DNA of 64,000 bases from Hemiscyllium ocellatum (lineage: Eukaryota): positions 8,198,004-8,262,003 of the forward strand of contig NC_083402.1 of NCBI RefSeq assembly GCF_020745735.1, given 5' to 3'. Shown piece after piece: positions 23,690-36,725 of this stretch. The stretch's first letter is position 1. Each line of letters begins with the position of its first letter. The notes under the pieces are model-generated. The model worked only from the letters and a program-made list of their open reading frames with translations. It searched no databases and was not told the origin of the DNA. The translations under genes were made by a program, and so were the position numbers.

Positions 23690-25640
23690 AGGCCTCTTGC
23701 ACAACATCTATTGATTCACTCTTGTCCACTCTACTGTTCGCATCTGCAAACAAATTCAGAAGATTTGTTGAGTCTGATTTCCCTACAGTGAATGCATAAT
23801 GATTTCGACTGATTCTGTCTCCGCTTTCCAAATGCTCAGTTATTACATCCTCAATAATTGTTTCCGGCACTTTCTCCACCATTGATGTCAGGCTAACCAG
23901 ACTATAATTCCTCATCTTCTCTCTCCCTCTGTTTTTTCAAAAAGTAGGGTTACATTAGTTACCCTCTGGTCCATTAGAATGCTTCCAGAATCTATAGAAT
24001 TCTGGAAAATGATCACCAATGTATCCTCTGTTTCTAAGGCTACTTTCTTAAGTCCTCTGGGATTCTGAGCATCAAGCCCTGGGGCCTTATTGGATTTTAT
24101 TCCAACCAATTTCCTCAATAACATTTCCTGACTAATAAGGATTTCCTTCAGCTCCTCCTTCATGCTTGACCCTCTGACCCCTTGCATTTCTGGAAGGTCA
24201 TTTGTGTCCTCTAAAGTATTTGTTCAACTGATCTGCCATCACTTTGTTTTCCATTAAAAATTCACTTGATTCTAAATGTAGTTTTCACCAGTCTTTTTCC
24301 CTTCACATATCTAAAGACGCTTTTGTAGTCATAGAGTCATAGAGATGTACAGCACGGAAACAAACCCTTCAGTCCAACTCATCCATGATGACCAGATATC
24401 CTAACCCAATCTTGTCCCACCTGCCAGCACCTGGCCCATATCCCTCCAAACCCTTCCTATTCTTATACCCATCCAGATGTCTTTTAAATGTTACAATTGT
24501 ACTAGTCTCCACCACTTCCTCTGGCTGTTCAGTCTTTAGATGTACCACCTTCTGCATGATAAAAGTTGTCCCTTAGGTCTCTTTTATATCTTTCCCCTCT
24601 CACCTTAAACCATGCCCTTTAGTTATGGACTCCCCCACCCCAGGGAAAAGGCTTTGTCTATTTATCCTATCCATGCCCCTCAAATAATTTTATAAAGCTC
24701 TATAAGGTCACCCCTCAGCCTTCATGTTCCAAGGAAACAGCCCCAGCCTATTTAACCTCTCTCTAGCTCAAATCCTCCAATCCTGACAACATGCTTGTAA
24801 ATCCTTTCTGAACCCTTTCAAGTTTCACAACATCTTTCTAATAGGAAGGAGACCTATTGCACACAGTATTCCAACAGTGGCTGAACCAATGTCCTGTGCA
24901 GCTGCAACAAGACCTCCCAACTCAATAGTCTGACCAATAAACAAAAGCATACCAAATGCCTTATTCACTATCCTATCTACCTGCAACTCCACTTTCAAGG
25001 AGCTATAAACCTGCACTCCAAGATCTTCAGTCAGTTTTTATTTTCTAGAAGCTTACTCCTGCATTCTATTGTCCCAATCCTCAGGTTTGCTGCTTTTTCT
25101 GGCCAATTAATCTGCCTCAACTTTGGCTTTAACACTATCCTTGATTTCCCTTGTTAGCCATGGCTGAGCCACCTTCCCTCATCTAATCTTATGCCAGACA
25201 TTGAGGCATAATTGCTGAATTTCATCTATGTGTTCTTTAACTAAATGCCATTATCTGTCCCTGCCAACCCTTGGTTAGCTTATCATAGCCAATGCACGCC
25301 TCATACCAACAAAGTTAGCTTTCTTTAAGTTCAGGACCCTAGTCTCAGATTTGATTATGTCACTCTCCAGCTTATTGAATAATTCCACCACATTAAAGTT
25401 ATTCTTCCCCAAAAACTCTCACACCACAATATTGCTAATCCAATACCCAATCGAGGATAGCCTGCTGTCCATTTGGTTCCTGGACATGGGATGGTGGAGG
25501 TACCATCCCTCATACATTCCAGGAAATCCTTCTCCAACGCATTGCTACCTGTTTGGTTAGTCCAATCAATACGTAAATGGAAGTCACCCATAATAACTGC
25601 TGTCCCATCACTGCACGCATCTCTAAGTTTCTGTTTGATG
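23690..25640 (-). mobile_element. Cluster of CR1 fragments (RT, 3' end with tail at about 24328, APE)
   Basis: RNYSLVSLTS; GTCATAGAGTCATAGAGA tail; MGDFHLRIDW. Confidence 0.82.
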
Positions 25641-26168
25641 CCATCCCAAAGTCACAAGTACTCTCTGGTGGTATAAGAGTGACCTTCACTGAGGCAGTAA
25701 CAACTCAGAGTTGGAGTTCGTTCAAGCGAATCCAGCAATTTATTACAAGCAGTAACAGGGAGAGGGCTTCCAGATAGACGTGCAGGAATACCGAACTCAC
25801 TCTGATTCATGAGCAAGAGCTTTTTATAGGCAGAAATAAACAACTTGTCTAGCAATTATCAGCAGTTTGTTTCCACACCCCTCTCCCGTCCCCCCCACCC
25901 CACCCCCCTTCTGGTGTGGTCACTCCCTCGAGCACAGAATTTGGTCTCATTTTAGTTTAGTAATTTAATCAGTTATCTACTTTGTCAGCTATACTTCCTC
26001 TAACTAATCTCGACAATCAGCTGCCTAACGGTTAGTGTATATCCTCCAGTGGTCTAACTGAAATGTCATCAAGGTGTCGGCATGGTCAGTAGACCACATT
26101 GTTCTATCCGTATAAGCCTTGCTTAAGCATTCTCAGTTAACTATTTCACGGCTATTCTACTGTACGTA

Positions 26169-26208
26169 TGTGTGTGTGTGTGTGTGTGCGTGTGTGAGTG
26201 CGCGCGCA
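26169..26208. repeat. (TG)n / (CG)n microsatellite
   Basis: Directly visible. Confidence 0.9.
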
Positions 26209-26656
26209 CGTGCGGTTGGGTCTGGAAGTGGTGTGTGGAGGGGAATTCCACCCTCTCAGTCCCCACTGTTGGCGCATGGCCAACCCATGGCTCATGGACA
26301 CAAGATATATTCAAATCACTATCCAATGTTCCTCCTCCGCAGTTGCTGGAGCTGATGGGGGATTGAAAATATCATTCTTAAGAAAGGCTCTGTTAACAAG
26401 GGGAATGAGCTGTTTCTTGGTAGCTGCCTGCTTCAGCATCTTTTTCAATACCACATTATAGATTATTAAAATTATTAGCACAAGCAATTGAAAAATAACG
26501 AGCACATTGCAAACAATACGAACTTATGGATGAATGTTGATATTTAGTCTCCAATCCCAAATCCAGGGCCACCAGGATTAAGATTATAAAACAGTTTTAA
26601 CAGTGTCTTTAGCCGGATGGATCTTGATAGATGGGTTAACGCATTCATGTTCCAAC

Positions 26657-29600
26657 TCATAGAGTTAAAGAGATGTACAGCATGGAAACAAACCCTTCGG
26701 TCCAACCCATCCATGCTGACCAGATATCCCAACCCAATCTAGACCCACCTGCCAGGGCCCGGCCCATATCCTTCCAAATCCTTCCTATTCATATATCCAT
26801 CCAAATGCCTCTTAAATATTGCAATTGTACCAGTCTCCACCATGTCCTCTGGCAGCTCATTCCATACAATTACCACCCTCTGCGTGAAAATGTTTCCCCT
26901 TAGGTCTCTTTTATATCTTTCCCCTCTCACCCTAAACCTATGACCTCTAGTTCTGGACCCATCAACCCCAGGGAAAAAAAACTTTGTCTATTTATCCTAT
27001 TCATGCCCCTCAAAGAATTTTGTAAACCTCTATAAGGTCACCCTCAGCCTCCGACGCTCCAGGGAAAACAGCCCCAGCCTTTTCAACCTCTCCCTATAGC
27101 TCAAACCCTCCAACCCTGGCAACATCCTTGTAAATCCTTTCTGAACCCTTCCAAGTTTCACAACATCTTTCTGATAGGAAGGAGACCAGAATTGCACGCA
27201 ATATTCCAACAGTGGCCTAACCAATGTCCTGGACAGCCACAACATGACCTCCCAACTCCTGTATTCTGTACTCTGACCAATAAGGGAAAGCATACCAAAC
27301 GTCATCTTCACTATCCTAACTAACTGCGACGCCACTTTCAAGGAGCTATGAACTTGCACTCTAAGGTCTTTTTGTTCAGCAACACTCCCTAGGACTTTAC
27401 CATTAAGTTATAAGTCCTGCTAAGATTTGCTTTCCCAAAATGCAGCACCTTGCATTTATCTGAATTAAACTCCATCTGCCACTTCTCAGCACATTGGCAC
27501 ATCTGGTCCAGATCCTGTTGTTATTTGAGGTAACCTTCTTCGCTGTCCACTACACCTCCAATTTTGGTGTCATCTGCAAACTTACTAACTGTACCCCTTA
27601 TGCTTGCATTCCAATCATTTATGTAAATGACAAAATGTAGAGGGCCCAGCACCGATCCTTGTGGCACTCCACTGGTCACAGGCCTCCAGTCTGAAAATCA
27701 ACCCTCCACCACCACGCTCTGTATTGTACCTTTGAGCCAGTTTTGTATCCAAATGGCTAGTTCTCCCTGTATTCCATGAGATTTAACCTTGCTAATCAGT
27801 CTCCCACAGGGAATCTTGTCGAACACCTTATTGAAGTCCATATAGAACACATCTACTGCCCTGCCCTCATCAATCTTCTTTGTTACTTCTTCAAAAACTC
27901 AATCAAGTTTGTGAGACATGATTTCCGATGCACAAAGCCATGTTAACTATCCTGAATCAGTCCTTGTCTTTCCAAATACATATACATCCTGTCCCTCAGG
28001 ATTCCCTCCAACAGCTTGCCCACCACCGAGGTCAAGCTCACTGGTCTATAGTTTCCTGGCTTGTCCTTACTGCCTTTCTTAAACAGTGGCACCACGTTTG
28101 TCAACCTCCAAGTGTTCCGGCACTCACCTGTGACTATCGATGATATAAGTATCTCAGAAAGAGGCCCAGCAATCACTTCTCTAGCTTCCCACATAGTTCT
28201 CGGGTACACCTGATTAGCTCCTGGGGATTCATCCACTTTTAACCTTTTCAAGACATCCAGCACTTCCTCCTCTGTAATCTCGACATTTTGCAAGATGTCA
28301 CCATTTATTTCCCTACAGTCTATATCTTCCATATCCTTTTCCACAGTAAATACTGATGCAAAATATTCATTTAGTATCTCCCCCATTTTCTGTGGCTCCA
28401 CACAAAGGCCGCCTTGCTGATCTTTGAGGGGCCCTATTCTCTCCCTAGTTACCCTTTTGTCCTTAATGTATTTGTAAAAATCCTATGGATTCTCCTTAGT
28501 TCTGTTTGGCAAAGCTATTGCATGTCCCCTTTTTGCCCTCCTGATTTCCCTCTTCCCTAGCATACTCCAACTTCCTTTATACTCTTCTAAGGATTCACTC
28601 GATCTACCCTGTCTATACCTGATATATGCTTCCTTCTTTTTCTTAACCAAACCCTCAATTTCTTTAGTCATCCAGCATTCCCTATATCTACCAGCTTTCC
28701 CTTTCACCCTGACAGGAATATACTTTCTCTGGATTCTTGTTATCTCATTTCTGAAGGCTTCCCATTTTCCAGCCATCCCTTTACCTGTGAACATCTACCT
28801 CCAATCAGCTTTCGAAAGTTCTTGCCTAATACCGTCAAAATTGGCCTTTCTCCAATTTAGAACTTCAACTTTTAGAACTGGTCTTTCCTTTTCCATCACT
28901 AGTTTAAAACTAATAGAACTATGGTCACTGGCCCCAAAGTGCTCCCCCACTGACACCTCAGTCACCTGCACTGCCTTATTTCCCAAGAGTAGGTCACGTT
29001 TTGCATGTTGTCTAGCTGGTACATCCATACACTGAATCAACATATTGTCTTCTACACACTTAAGAAATTCTTCTCCATCTAAACCTTTAACATTATGGCA
29101 GTCCCAGTCGATGCTTGGAAAGTTAAAATCCCCTACCATAACTACCCTATTATTCTTACAGATAGCTGAGATCTCCTTACAAGTTTGTTTCTCAATTTCC
29201 CTCTGCCTATTGGGGGTCTATAATACAATCCCAATAAGGTGATCATCTCTTTCTTATTTCTCAGTTCCACCCAAATATCTTCCCTGGATGTATTTCCGGG
29301 AATATCCTCCCTCAGCACAGATTTAATGCTATCCCTTGTCCAAAATGCCACTTCCCCTCATCTTTTGCCTCCCTTTCTATCCTCCCTGTAGCATTCGTAT
29401 CCTGGAACATTAAGCTGCCAGTCCTGCCCATCCCTAAGCCATGTTTCCATAATTGCTATGATATCCCAGTCCAATGTTCCTAACCATGCCCTGAGTTCAT
29501 CTGCCTTCCCTGTTAGGACCCTTGCATTGAAATAAATGCAGTTTAATTTATTAGTCCTATCTTGTCCCTGCCTGCCCTGACTGTTTGACTTACTTCTGTT

Positions 29601-30437
29601 CTCAGCTGTAGCCGTCTCAGATCGATCTCTTTCCTCACTATCTCCCTGGGTACCTTCCCACTCCCCTCCTCCCACAGACACCCCGCCTCCTCCCCCCCAC
29701 CACCACCTTACTAGTTTAAATCCTCCCAAGCAGTTCTAGCAAATTTCCCTGCCAGTATAATAGTACCCTTCGATTTAGGTGCAATCCGTCCTTCTTGTAC
29801 AGGTCACTTCTACCCCAAAAGAGATTCCAATGATCCAAAAATGTGAATCCTTCTCCCATACACCAGCTCCTCAACCATGCATTCATCTGTTCTATCCTCC
29901 TGTGCCTGTCCTCACTAACTCATAGCACTGGGAGTAATCCAGATATTACAATCCTTGAGGGCCTCCTTTTTAAATTTCTGCCTCATTCTCTGTAATCTCC
30001 CTCCAGGATCTCAACCTTTTCCCTTCCAACGTCATTGGTTCCAATGTGGACAATGACCTCCTGCTGGCCCCTGACCCCGTGAGAACATTGTACACCCTCT
30101 CGGAGACATCCTTGATCCTGGCACCAGGGAAACAACACACCATTCTGCTTTTTCTCTGCTGGCCACAGAAACATCTGTCTGTACCTCTGACTACAGAATC
30201 CCCTAACACAATTGATCTCTTGGAAGCCGACACACCCCTTGTTGCATTAGAGCCAGTCTCAATACCAGAAACTTGGCTGTTCGTGCTACATTCTCCTGAG
30301 AACCCATCATCCCCCACATATTCCAAAACAGCATACCTGTTTGAAATGGGTCCATCCACAAATGTCTCCTGCCCTCGGTGCCGATCTCTCTCACCCTTCC
30401 TGGAGTTAACCCATCTATGTGACTGTATCTGAGACTT
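26657..30437 (-). mobile_element. Near full-length CR1/HER1-like LINE: ORF1 SGNH-esterase domain, APE, RT and 3'UTR; fragmented
   Basis: ORF1 IVLGDSVVRG...VHIGTND; APE CIYFNAR, IAIMETW, VGDFNFP; RT NYRPVSLTS; (TCTATGA) tail at 26657. Confidence 0.93.
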
Positions 30438-30439
30438 TC

Positions 30440-31378
30440 TGCTTGCTTCCTCAGCCAATTGCTCCCATGAGATATGCCAATATGGAAGCTGGGGAATCCT
30501 GTCCTAGAGCAATGTGATGACATTCCTCAAGGCCGTCGGTGAGAACCGGCTAAGATATTCTTGCCTCTTTTAGCTGAGAATGGGGTCAATGATGGTACCA
30601 CTGGACAGAGTGATGGGCTTGATCAGATTCCAGATGCACGGATTCTGGCCTGCTATGTTACATCCTTTGTACAGTTTGGTCTGTTGTAGTGACGTGGATG
30701 GAGTCCAGGGCATAAGCCACTTGCATGCCGTAGCTCTTGACCCATGTAATATCAGAGTTCTCATAATGATGCAGGCCACAGTCAGGGGTGATGCTAACAG
30801 CATCTTTGGGTCACAGGAGGATGTCTCGATGATTGCTGCAGAGCTGAATGTCAATGGCCCGTGTCTGATTGTGTCGATGAACGACAAACCGAGCTCTAAC
30901 GTGGAGAATTGATGGGAGGGTTCATTTGGAATGTCCACATGTGGATGTTCACGAGGCTGTAAGTTACTTGTATGTTTTGTGGAATGTGCAAGAATAAGGC
31001 AATGATATTATTTTGACTTAAAAAGCCTGTTCTGTAGCCAGTAAGCATGAGAGACATCTCTGAAACCTTGGGTGCTTTTCGTATTTGCCTGATTAGCCAA
31101 ATATTGATTGGTTATCTAAATGGGGACAATTTATTGCCAAGTGCAAATAGGTGCAGTTGAACATTAGCTAAGGCCTGTGCCATAATCAGGGAGCAAAACT
31201 CAGCCAGTCCGATCGCTCCGATGTTGTCCTTAACTTGGTCAATTCGCTGGTTGATAGACTGCTCTATAGGCTTGACCAGAGTGATGGTGCGGATGTCGAC
31301 ACCTGTTCCCTGTGTACTGAGGTTTGTGGAGAATTATTGAAGCTTGAGATTGTCTTGTAGTAGGTCACGGACTATTTG
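30440..31378 (-). pseudogene. Degraded viral envelope-like frame resembling paramyxo-F-like (lokiretrovirus-type) Env
   Basis: Manual translation across stops and frameshifts: QSINQRIDQVKDNIG..EFCSLIMAQALANVQLHL..IALFLHIP..TYSLVNI..AIDIQLCSNHRDILL*PKD..ITPDCGL. The similarity is recalled, not searched. Confidence 0.45.
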
Positions 31379-31900
31379 CTGGACTCTTCCATCATTGAAG
31401 ATGGGGAGATAGTCTCCCTTGCTCCAGTGAGTTGGTTAATTGTCCACCACCGTTCAGGACTGTCTGTAGCAGGACTGCAGAGCCATCTGATCCATTGGTT
31501 ATAGGGTGGCTCTGTTGTGTGCTGTTTCTGATGTTTGATAAGCAAGTAGTCCTGGTGGTTGTAGTTTGTGTGTTGGCATCACTTTTTCTGTTTCCTGGTG
31601 TTGCTCACAGCATACTCACATGCCTCTTTGATCTCCCAGTCTGATGGGAATGGTGGAGTGGGGGGTCGGCTTGTGGATCATGAGGTTACAGATTGTGGAT
31701 GAATGGGCTGACAACTTTATCTTTAAGTTGGGGACTTCATGTTGGGGAATCCTGGAGCAAATCCCTGCTGACAGTATGCCACTGTGCCTCCAGCTCTTCT
31801 GGGTCTGTCCTGCTAATGGGACAGGGCATATCCAGGAATGTGAAGCTGGTGTTTTGGATATTGATGATGTGGAAGAGCGGGTGTTTGACTGGAGTGGACA
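31376..31900 (-). mobile_element. Non-CR1 LINE fragments (APE and linker)
   Basis: IPGYALSH*QDRPRRAGGTV; LCSPATDSPERWWTINQLTG. Confidence 0.7.
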
Positions 31901-34873
31901 AAGTTAAAAATCACATAACACCAGGTTATAGTCCAACAGGTTTATTTGAATGCACTAGCTTCCGGAGCACTGTGGAGCAGGATCATAAGACACAGAATTT
32001 ATGACAAAAATTACAGTGTCATGCAACTGAAGTGATACATTGAACAAACCTTAGTTTCGGATGTTATGGTTCTGTGATTTTGACCATGTGAAGCTATTAG
32101 TTGACCAGTCTGTGAGACAACTCTTCAACTTTTTGCACAAGCTCTCAGGTGTGTTAGTAAGAAGGACTGTTGGCAGGGTTGAGTTTGATTGATTGATTTT
32201 TACTTATTGTCACATGTACTTGTGCATGTATTTGTCACAAATACAGTGAAAGATTTTGTACAATGTCCAGAGCCAGCTTGACTGCATCATGATGACCTGT
32301 AGTAATCTGGATAAAGTCCTGGACTCCCTCAATGGAAATGAGGGGGAGCTCGGTGAGGGGGCACTAAAGAATCCAAAACTTTGCTGGATATGGACTCCAC
32401 GTCATCCCCTGCGCACATCACTAAGTCATAGTCTTCCTCCTGTCAGTAGTCCTCGACTGCTGGTACCTCCCCCACCGTGAGAGTGGGGGCTGCTCCCGGT
32501 GCCACCAGTTGACTCCCACCTTCAGGCTCCCTGGCAAGAACCTCCTTGAAGCACCCCAATGGGTCTCTTCTGGACCTTGGCCATTGGGCAGCTGAGACTT
32601 GGTGCCCTGCTCTTCTCCTGACATTGGGATGCCTCAGCTCCTTGGGGAAAAGGTCCTTCCCTAGGGCCAAGGCAGCTGGGAAAACCTAGGAGTGAGGAAA
32701 TCACCTTCCTCATCTCCATCTCCTGATGACCAGTGAGGATAGCATTTACACTGTTCACACCTTGGCATGTGCAGGGCTTTGGCTCATCCCCAGGAACTGG
32801 TGAAAGGCCTATTACAACCTTTGAGATTCTGGACTGGCCATGAAGGTCCCATCTTCTCAACCTTGTCCCTTGTCTGAGGCATAGTGACCCTCAGGCTAAA
32901 TCACCACCAGTCATCTCTCTCTAATGAGACTGTAGTTCTCTGGGACGATAATGAGTTTACTTTTATACTTCATTTCTCCTTTATTTCTGTGTCGCTTCCT
33001 GCTGTATCTTCACTGTGTATCCATCCCTCTGTTACAACTAATGATTGAGCCAGGTTGCTGAAGGCTGGCTCAGTAATAGAACAGAAAGTGCTGGGCAATA
33101 GAAAAGATTCTGCAGGGAGTTCCCTGAGTCTGCTCTTCAGATATCTCAGCGTCTCTTGGAAAAATGGAGAGTTCAAAAAACTTTCAGGCACCAAATCTGT
33201 CATCTCTGCAGTGCCATCTTTATAAACACAGAAAATAAAGCAAGATATAAAATATGAAGTTAGAAATAAATTTAATAAATAAAGTTTAAAATTCAACATT
33301 ATACTCCTCCTTGTTAAGTGCCTTAGCCAACAACCTGGATCCGAACTCTTCCACCTCGGTGCTGAGACCATCACCAATACAAAGCTGGTGACCAACCTCG
33401 AGTCCCTTCATCATGCCACCACTAGAATGAGTCGCCATACTTTGGCAACATCTTGCCTCCAAAAATGGCACCACCACCATGGGACCGTGCTGCACTGATC
33501 TTGACAATACAGCTGCTGCTGAAGCTGCCAGGTCCTGCACCAGGCACTGGGCCCAAACTGTCTCCCCTGCTGTCTCTGTCACTGCCACAGGGCACACCAA
33601 CTAGCCACTGGTGATGCTGTCTGAGATCTTCACAGAAGGTAAGCTTTAAAAAAAAAGATTAAGTGGGCAGAGCAGATGAGCCCTGGACTCAGGGGTGTAA
33701 ACGCTGAGCTGCTTACTCTACTGCCATAGAGTCCTAGAGATATACAGCACAGAAACAGACCCTTCGGTCCAATTCACCCAAGTTGACCAGATATCCAAAA
33801 TTAATCTGACAGCATTTGGCCCATATCCCCCTCAAACTTTCCTATTCATATACTCATCCAAATGCCTTTTAAATGCTGTAGTTGTACCATCTTGACTGTT
33901 CTTGTTTTTGGTGCCTCTGTTAATGTGGAGTAATCTGGTTCCATTCTTACCATATTGCCATTCCTTCAGTGTTGCTGGGTTAAAATCCTGGAACCCCATC
34001 CCTAAAATTACTGTGGGTAACTCCTGCACCTCAGGGCTGCAGCAGTTCAAGAAGGCAGTGTCTCCTGGGCAATCAGAGTGGATAAGAAATGCACATAATC
34101 TGAGCCAGTGACACCTATGGCAGAATAGAAACAAAATTAGAGGAGAAATTCATAAAACTAAGAAGATTCTGAGGGGGTTTGACAAGGTGTATTCTGAGGG
34201 GATATTTACTCTTGTCAGCAAAAGTCTCAGTGGGCTGTAAGTAAGGGATTCCCTATTTAAAGTGGGGAATTAGGAGACATTTCTTGTCTCAACTCACCTT
34301 TAAAGTTCATGCAGTGAAGAGCCACATAGCTGATATTCCCCCTCCGCCTGACCACAAAATATCATAACTGGAGCAAAATAACTAGGAGAAAGTTAGGACT
34401 GCAGATGCTGGAGATCAGAGTTGAATGTGTTGCTGGAAAAACACATCATGCAACATCCAAAGTGCAGGAGAATTGACATTTTGGGCATAGACCCTTCATC
34501 AGTAATAATAATTAGACTAGAATATGAGTTTAAATTAACCTATGCTCATTTCAAAGTTCATAATTTGGAACTAGTGAATGGTCATGTTAGGAATGATATC
34601 AGGGTTTCTGCTTCATACAGAGTGTGGTAAATACTTGGAATGTTATTGTTGGACCGGGAAAGGATGGAAAATCCTCACTGTATTTAAAGATTATTAACTT
34701 TGAGCGATGGACAGAGGCAACTACATGAATGGTTTCAGGAGCGTTCAATGGACTTCCTGATCTGGAAGCATCTTGTGATCAAGGTTCTCAAATCAAGACG
34801 TGTGGAGACATTTTGATCATTTGTAAGAGAATGTCTGGGACAGATCTGAGAGGCATGAGTAGTGTATTTAATT

Positions 34874-35056
34874 GGGGTAAAAAATGAGGTCTGCAGATGC
34901 TGGAGATCACAGTTGAACATGTGTTGCTGGTTAAAGCACAGCAGCTCAGGCAGCATCCAAGGAATAGGAAATTCGACGTTTCGGGCATAAGACCTTCCTA
35001 ATGAAGGGCTTATGCCTGAAAAGTCGAATTTCCTATTCCTTGGATGCTGCATGACC
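34874..35056 (-). mobile_element. Short 5'-inverted PLE insertion with a 14-bp target-site duplication
   Basis: TAGTGTATTTAATT (34860-34873) and TAGTGTAGTTAATT (35057-35070); inverted 48-nt arms at 34950-34997 and 35003-35050. Confidence 0.82.
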
Positions 35057-35166
35057 TAGTGTAGTTAATTAGCCATTTTGTTGTGAAATTGAAAGAAATG
35101 CAACAAATTGAAATAAGAACTTCTGCACAGTGACCTCATCCATTCTGATGTTTGTCCTTTCCTCAG

Positions 35167-35514
35167 CTGCTCAAGGAAATGTCTTAGTGCTGAGTGGGAC
35201 AGAGGGAGATTCAGTTACTTTACCCTGTATCTTCGGAACCAGGTCCTACCTTCCCCTGACCACTGTTACCTGGATGAGGAAGGAGCCCTACCAACACATC
35301 GTTACATTTACAGCCCAATCACAGGGAACTCGGACAACTGGACACGGTGGAAATCGGTACGAGCTCATCGGGAACCCAGAGGAGGGAACCGCCTCGACCA
35401 GGATAAACCAGCTGAGTGTGAGGGACAATCACACTTACCTGTGTCTGGTGGAATACAGGTCAGAACCTGATTCTCAGTATCTGATCCCGAAGGAGACTCG
35501 GCTGCAGGTACATG
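35167..35514 (+). CDS. Ig V-set domain exon of a Siglec-15/PILR-like membrane receptor
   Basis: TTTCCTCAG acceptor and G|GTAAGA donor; 348-nt phase 1-1 exon, fully open; B-strand Cys (VTLPC), C-strand Trp (VTWMR), DxxxYxC (DNHTYLC), RYELIGNP. Confidence 0.92.
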
Positions 35515-36054
35515 GTAAGAAACCATTCAAACATTAATCAGCTTGTCGAGGGTGTGCAGTGATAGTGTCACAGATTCATGAACTTTACATGATTTAATTT
35601 TCTGGTGAAAGTTCACTGAACTAAAACATTAACCCTGTTTCTCTCCACAGGTGTTGACTGGTCCGCTGAATATTGCTGCACTGTGATTTTCATTTCACAT
35701 TTCAGAATCTGCAGTATTTCACTTTTGTATTTGTGATTCAATTTTTGAAATATTTAATGTAATTTAATCTGCTGGATCCAGTAGGTGCATTCTGATGTCA
35801 GTATTGAAAGACATTGACACGCACAGAACATTCCGTTCAATCTCCAAGTGACTCAAAGTTATATTGACATTGAGATCATCTCCTTGAGCAGGAAGATGAG
35901 ACAGTCTAATGTGTTCCTCTTGGTACCAATGAAAGTGTTCACACCTTCATCAAGAATAGTTCAATCAATGCAAGTACATTCCCCAGTGTCCATCTGATTG
36001 TGTGAGGTATCACAACTGTGTGGGACCTACCCTAGCCATACATTCGTAGTTGGG

Positions 36055-36300
36055 AGATGGTGTATACTGCTCTTGTCACTGGGTGATTAATCCAGATACC
36101 CAAGTCTGGGGCATGAGTTCAAATCCCATCACAGCAGAAGGTGAAATCTGAATGAAATTTTTAAATATCTGGAATTTAAATGAAAAACTACCTTAATGGC
36201 TGAAAGTGATCATTGTTGAGAGTTGGAAAAGTCCATATGACTCAACCATGCACCTTTGGAAATGAAATCAGCCATCCTTACTTGGCTTGGTCTACAAGTA
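36055..36300 (+). mobile_element. SINE-like element (second family; also at 45660-46020)
   Basis: GAGTTCAAATCCCA B-box-like motif followed by AATCTGGAATT; the 45.7-46.0 kb copy ends in the tail shared with the non-CR1 LINE. Confidence 0.6.
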
Positions 36301-36725
36301 GGGCACAGAACAGGGATGGGTGGTACATCAGTGTTCAATAACCAGGGTACACTGTTTTGGTGAGTCAGCACCGGATCCAGGAATTACCCTATGGAATAAT
36401 TTAAAGTATCCATCTAACCTTATATTCTGTGTCATTGATTAGCAACTGCCTCCTTCAGGAGTTGTTCTGATCTGCAATGCACTGCTTAAAAGGACAGTGG
36501 AAATAGATTCAATAGGGGAATCTTTCAAGAGATAATTGTGTAAGTATTTGAAGGTGAGCAAATTACAGAGCTGTAGGAAAAGGCAGAGAAGAGTAATGAA
36601 CTGGATTGCTCCATTACAGAACATTGTGTTTGTACATTTAACCTTATGCTCCCTAACCCTGCTACAAGTTTCGCTGCAGCAACGTGGAGGTATTCCTGAC
36701 CAAGTCTGTTCTTGCTGTTTTACAG

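Noticed and set aside
29650-29710. G-rich tract (minus strand) as a special G-quadruplex element
   Set aside because: It lies at the ORF1/ORF2 junction of the CR1 element, where similar tracts are common.
32250-32900. Overlapping short ORFs in GC-richer sequence
   Set aside because: Probably a decayed repeat; I could not identify any motif in any frame.
33614-33638. Leader exon for the Ig V gene (MLSEIFTE, AAG|GTAAGC, phase 1)
   Set aside because: Phase and donor fit, but the peptide lacks a hydrophobic signal core and an in-frame TAG lies just upstream; insufficient support.
35130-35166. N-terminal extension of the 135-aa ORF as a signal peptide
   Set aside because: It is the intronic pyrimidine tract before the AG at 35165-35166, and the GTG start is an ORF-caller artefact.
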